Positions 58,451-64,000 of a DNA stretch of 64,000 bases are shown in pieces. The stretch covers positions 171,740,001-171,804,000 of the forward strand of contig OZ024742.1 in the NCBI GenBank assembly GCA_964016885.1. The letters are read 5' to 3'. The notes under the pieces were generated by a model, which had not been told where the DNA came from, ran no database searches, and saw only the letters and a program-made list of their open reading frames with translations. This DNA comes from Eledone cirrhosa (taxonomy: Eukaryota). Both the position numbers and the translations under genes were made by a program. Position 1 is the stretch's first letter; every line of letters begins with the position of its first letter.

Positions 58451-59266
58451 CATATATATGTGTGTCTATAAATATATGTGTGAGTATGTATATACATACA
58501 TAGCATCCTTATCTAGCTGACTCATTGGCCTATTGATTCTAGCCACCTACTACCAAATGTATCCTAGTCAATATACAATAAGTAACACGTACTTAGTATT
58601 ATTTATTATATCATTCATATTCTTAAATACTGTATGATGTGATGTTAGTGTCTTGTGGTAGATGCAGAGATCGTGTAATACTGCATCGAGTGAGATTTTG
58701 TTTTGTTTGATTCCCTAATTAATATGTTTTTTTAATTTATCAGTTAATGAAAGCAGATTCTTCTTCATTTTCGAGTATTGGAGAGATTAAACTAAATTTA
58801 TCCTAGAGCTTTCGTCTAAACGTAGACGAAACCATAGTTTCATATATTTGTGTTAAAATAATCGATTAGATAAGCCTTAATTCCGAATGCCTTAGCTGGA
58901 TTTCAACTTCAAATGATTTTATCCGATGAACTACCAATTCAGTTAATTTATTACTTTGGACTGGTATTTATATTATTGATCCATTATGTCAGGTACATTT
59001 GTCCACTACGGGATTTGAACTCAAAGGTGCACAGATGACTGAACCATTACCACGAAGCATTTCCTTCTAAACTATAAAGGCTCTGGCTAGTCCCTTGCAT
59101 GTGTAAGAATTGAATATAATGATTAATACACAAAAGTCTATCAAAATTAATGAAATATAATATAAGTAGTATATAATGCTTAAAGCCAGTAATTGACATT
59201 GCTACACGGTAGTTGTATTCCCAGAGGATTTCAACCATTTTACATCGTACATAGTAACATATACAC

Positions 59267-59297
<31 letters not shown>

Positions 59298-59840
59298 TGT
59301 ATGTATGTGTGTGTGTGTGTATGTGTGTGTGTGTATGTGTGTGTGTATGTATGTGTGTAATCATGTAAAGTAATTAAAATATATTAAGAATCAATAAATT
59401 TAATCTATCATCAAAAGTGAATTTTTCTATTTCATGGCTTCAATTTTGGTAATTAGTGGAACTTATCATTAAGATTTAATTAAAATACTTAATATAATGA
59501 TATTATTGTTGTTGTTTACTCACAGTTCATCTCTAAATCAGACGATATATGATGAAAGACATTGTAGAACTGACCAGCCAGTATTTTGTTAAGATTGAGT
59601 CTATGCATGCCTACAGTACTCTAGATATACTTATTCCTTCAGAGATAGGGATTGTCACTTGCAAAGACTTTCCTCACTTAAAGAAGCTTCAAGCACAGGC
59701 ATCGCTTGATATGTGACAATTTTTGTGATGCATGGTATTGCTTCTCATAGGCAAATCCCTAGCCGAACTAAAATGCCACGCTCGTGATGCTCAAGCTTAA
59801 GTATCGCTCGAAATCAAGTTGCAGCCATCATCATCATCAT

Positions 59841-59883
<43 letters not shown>

Positions 59884-60029
59884 CAAAGAAGGTGTGGTAA
59901 GATACCAGATGGCCCATAACGCACCAGCGTACTCAATACTTAGGGTAGTAGAGTGGGTAATTGGAGGAGTCAGGACTCCGACGACTGTGCTCCGGCCGTT
60001 TCGACAGCTACACCCGAACTAAGCCACCA

Positions 60030-60104
<75 letters not shown>

Positions 60105-60107
60105 TAT

Positions 60108-60203
60108 AATTGTTTCTACTTTTGGCACAAGGCCAGCAAATACCCAGTGCATTACTGGTACTTTATTTTATCGACCCCGTAAGGATGAAAGGCAAAGTCA
60201 ACC
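60108..60203 (-). mobile_element. SINE family 1, 3' half
   Basis: Flanked by duplicated (TA)nAGTATAAT. Confidence 0.9.
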
Positions 60204-60942
60204 TTATATATATATATAAGTATAATGTGTGTGTGTATGTGAGTATGTTTTTTTTGTGCTTCTTCAATGTTCGTTTGAATTAATGTCCGTATCTCGGCGA
60301 CTTGACAAAGGCTGTCGACGAATTAAATAACAGAGTTTTAAGATATACAGATGTAGTCAGCTCGATGTGATCACCAAAGTTCCGTTAAGGTGATGCCCCA
60401 GCATATTTTCAATGCTAATGATTGAACTTAGGGAAATAAAAAAAAAAAAAACAGAATAAGTTAGGGTGGGCGCTGATCAGGTTTTAGCCAAAATAACTAA
60501 GTTGAATATTTACCCTTGGTCTGGCAGGTCGCTTTTTTTCTCTCTCTCGTCTACGATTTCACAGAACTTACGTTCACCGAATTCACAGACTAGATCCCTT
60601 CTTCCTCCCGTTAGACCTGTACAGAATTCCTTCCTTGCTCACATTCCAATCAGGTTTGATGGTCTTTATTCTCTCTCTTTCACGATTTCACCGAATTTAT
60701 ATTCATAGAAATTTGGGACTTGACTTCTTCTTCCTCACTTTTCGTTGCTTCACCATCTTTGTTTGTTTACACTCGTGTCCCCTTTATTTACGTGTCCCAA
60801 CGACTTTTTTTAACCGTTGCTCGCACCAACCGGAGGTATATGGTCTTTAAAGCGATGAAATACCAATGATGGTTGGAAGATCACTGATGAAGGACTAACT
60901 TTATTCATATGTAACCCATTAGCAACCACGCAGCACGTTTAT

Positions 60943-60981
<39 letters not shown>

Positions 60982-61317
60982 TTCATATTCTTATAATGTA
61001 TCTAATACCCTGTTTTTATGTGTACCTGCCAAACAGAGAATCACATCATGTCTGTCTGTAGTTACAGATACACAGATACACTTGCACTACCACATATATT
61101 TACGCACACTTTTTCACTATACGTACACATTTGTACATACACAGATATGTACATCTGTGAGCGTATATACATACATATACACACACCTAACTATATTTCT
61201 TGAAATATTTTTTTATATATTTCATATGGCTATTGTATTTCCTTTTGTCTATATTTATATTTTTTTTTTTGCTTTTCTTGATGAGACTTTCCAAGTATTT
61301 AGCCATGTTTTATATTG

Positions 61318-61387
61318 CCTCGTCTGACGAACGAATGAAGACGTTTCTTTCGTATTCGCCTCATTCGGGAAACCTCTGGTAATGAGG
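61318..61387 (+). ncRNA. Type I hammerhead motif, related to the 6644-6890 family
   Basis: CCTCGT-CTGACGA-ACGAATGA..TCATTCGG-GAAA-CCTCTGG-TA-ATGAGG; downstream TAGAGCACTCTT as in the 6.7-kb element. Confidence 0.82.
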
Positions 61388-61488
61388 TAATTATATTGTA
61401 TTGATTTTTATACATTAAATTTTGCTCTGGTACTTACATAGAGCACTCTTCACTTCTATGACTTTTTCTGTCTTCTACTGAAATTTCA

Positions 61489-61539
<51 letters not shown>

Positions 61540-61646
61540 TTAGTTACACAACAGTTTGTAAACCATTTGTGGAAGTATCTTCTATCGTGCTCGTCCTATA
61601 AACTGAATGGTCTATTTACAACGGATAAAACCTCCTAGTGTTCTAG

Positions 61647-61694
<48 letters not shown>

Positions 61695-61847
61695 CGAAGG
61701 AAATGTGGTAAGGAACCAGGTGGACCATAACGCACCAAAGTACTCAATACTTGGGGTAGTAGAGTGGGTAATAGGAACAAGTAAGACCCCGACGGCTGAG
61801 CTCAAGCCGTTTCGACGTATATATATATATGTATAAATGCCAATACA

Positions 61848-61898
<51 letters not shown>

Positions 61899-62082
61899 GA
61901 AAAATTGAACAGGGACAGAACAGAGAGGCAGTACAATAAATGTTTATTAAATTCACATGTATATATATATACATGTATGTATATACATATGTACATTCAT
62001 GTATATACAAGTACATACATATGTACATACATGTATATACATATGTACATACACATATATATATGTATATATTCGTACATGC

Positions 62083-62117
<35 letters not shown>

Positions 62118-63481
62118 CATATATATATATACAATAAAGAACCATGTCTGTTCCCGTTTATGCATAAATATATCATTAACTACAGATGCACATAAACATA
62201 TACTTATATTAGCCATGTATACTTACAGAAGTAATAAATGCTGGTTTAGTATGAAGCACACATTAGATAAGAAGGCTATGTAAATATGTAGGCTTGCAAA
62301 TGTGCACCTATGTGTGTCTGAAAATATGTTTTTGTGTCTCTGCATATGAGTATATAATGTGTATGTAATAATTATATGTCTATGCAAATATACGTGTATG
62401 TAAATATATATATGTGTATTTGACTATGTGTGTGTTTACACATTTATATTTACGTGTGTATGTAAATGTAAGAATTTATACGTGTCTCTCGTGTTGTGTC
62501 TATGTGCATATGTAAATATGTGTGTGCGTGTGTGTGTGATGGGGGTTATCCGTTCATGTAGACAGAGAGGATACAGTAAATGAAAACAAATGTGTTGGGT
62601 ATTTGAAGAGAGAGAAAGAGAAATGGATGGAAAGAGAGAGAAGTGCAGAGAGAGCGTGGAGGAACGAGAGAGAAAATGAGTAAGAGACTGTAACGGAGAG
62701 AGAGAAATTGTTAGAAAGAAAGAACTATATAGAGAACATTAAAAAGATGGCTAGACAAGGAAGAAAGAAATTAAAATAAAAAGAATAGATGCTGTGGTGA
62801 AGGCAGCTGATTAGATAAATGGTTAGCATTATCTCTAACTATCCAAGGTAAGTAAGCTAATAAAATATACAGAATATCGATTACTAATACTGATAGACTG
62901 ATTTGCCTGATCATACTAAAAGCAAGTATATGTCTGAATCATTCACTCTCCTTCATAACCTCCCCCTTCTCTCAATCTATCAAAATCTACCACGATGTAT
63001 ATATATATGTAATAGAAAAAAAAACCCAGAAAGTTTCGTTTACATATGAAAAATATTTATTTTGTATCAACCTGTTACGCGCGTTTCGCAGAGGATTAGC
63101 TCGAGGTGGCCAATAGAAATTAGAGACCCGACTCCATTATCGATCTGCTCCTCACACAAACACACACATATATATAGAAATTATTCCTTTGATTCTACAC
63201 CCTGAAAGTAAACGCCAAAATTCGGCTAGCATATACTTCCTCTTTTGAAGAAGTTCACGTGACGACACAGGCTAAAATGCATCTGTCGTCATAACGATGT
63301 TTGGATACAAGGAACAACACTTGCTGATGGTCGGTTTTCCGGCTCCATAGTGGGAGTGCACACATGTATTGCATGTGCATTATGCAGCTTGTTATGTCAC
63401 TTCCAACATTCCCAGAAACCTATCTGAGATCTTTGTGTAATCTTGATGGTATTATACAATAAGTCAACCATGATACTACAA

Positions 63482-64000
63482 TAATTGTTTCTACTTTTGG
63501 CACAAGGCCAGCAATTAACCAGTACATTACTGGTACTTCATTTTACCGACCCCGTAAGGATGAAAGGCAAAGTTAACCTCGGTGGGATTTGAACTCAGAC
63601 TGTAAAGCGACGTAACTGTGCTGGAAAGCATGGCGTCCGACTCTCTATCATAGAAGTAATAATTGTTTCAACTTTTGGCACAAGGCCAGCAATTACCCAG
63701 TGTATTACTGGTACTTTATTTTATCGACCCGTAAGGATGAAAGGCAAAGTTAACCTCGGTGGGATTTGAACTCAGACTGTAAAGCGACGTAACTGTGCTG
63801 GAAAGCATGGCGTCCGACTCTCTATCATAGAAGTAATAATTGTTTCAACTTTTGGCACAAGGCCAGCAATTACCCAGTGTATTACTGGTACTTTATTTTA
63901 TCGACCCGTAAGGATGAAAGGCAAAGTTAACCTCGGCCGGATTTGAACTCAGAATGGCAAGGGCCGTAACTCTATGCGTCAAAGCATGGCGTCCGAGCCT
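63482..64000 (-). mobile_element. Three tandem SINE family 1 copies (177-bp period), running off the window end
   Basis: 63554-63730 appears identical to 63731-63907 by eye. Confidence 0.93.

Noticed and set aside
60855-60900. GAAA..CTGATGA as a permuted hammerhead
   Set aside because: Stems I and II cannot be formed.
63482-64000. Regularly spaced repeats as a CRISPR-like array
   Set aside because: Units are whole SINE copies with no unique spacers; eukaryotic context and no cas genes.

Overview
AT-rich, microsatellite-saturated metazoan DNA, probably intronic or intergenic. A cephalopod (Octopus-like) origin is inferred from remembered SINE similarity and is not verified. No intact host protein-coding gene is recognisable, and almost all ORFs in the track are (TA)n/(CA)n/(GA)n artefacts. 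The real coding remnants are all transposon-derived: a decayed Tc1/mariner (834-1882), three distinct Penelope-like retroelement (PLE) remnants (20095-22410 RT+GIY-YIG; 28340-29240 and 45821-47387 GIY-YIG), an internally deleted Rep/Pif1 Helitron (23360-26601) with non-autonomous relatives, and RTE LINE fragments. About 19 copies of one tRNA-derived SINE are present, nearly all on the minus strand. The most notable signal is between the (TA)n tracts: many short non-coding inserts from roughly 8 unrelated families carry foldable type I hammerhead ribozyme (HHR) motifs. These often have palindromic stem III, head-to-head inversions and a shared GAGCACTC-like motif about 45 nt from the TA junction. 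One family is a ~435-nt unit found in circularly permuted, more-than-unit-length form, consistent with a retrozyme-like circular RNA element. A tRNA-like cassette inside inverted repeats (35869-36097) and one candidate minus-strand host exon (16970-17183) were also noted. All folding and alignment was done by eye.
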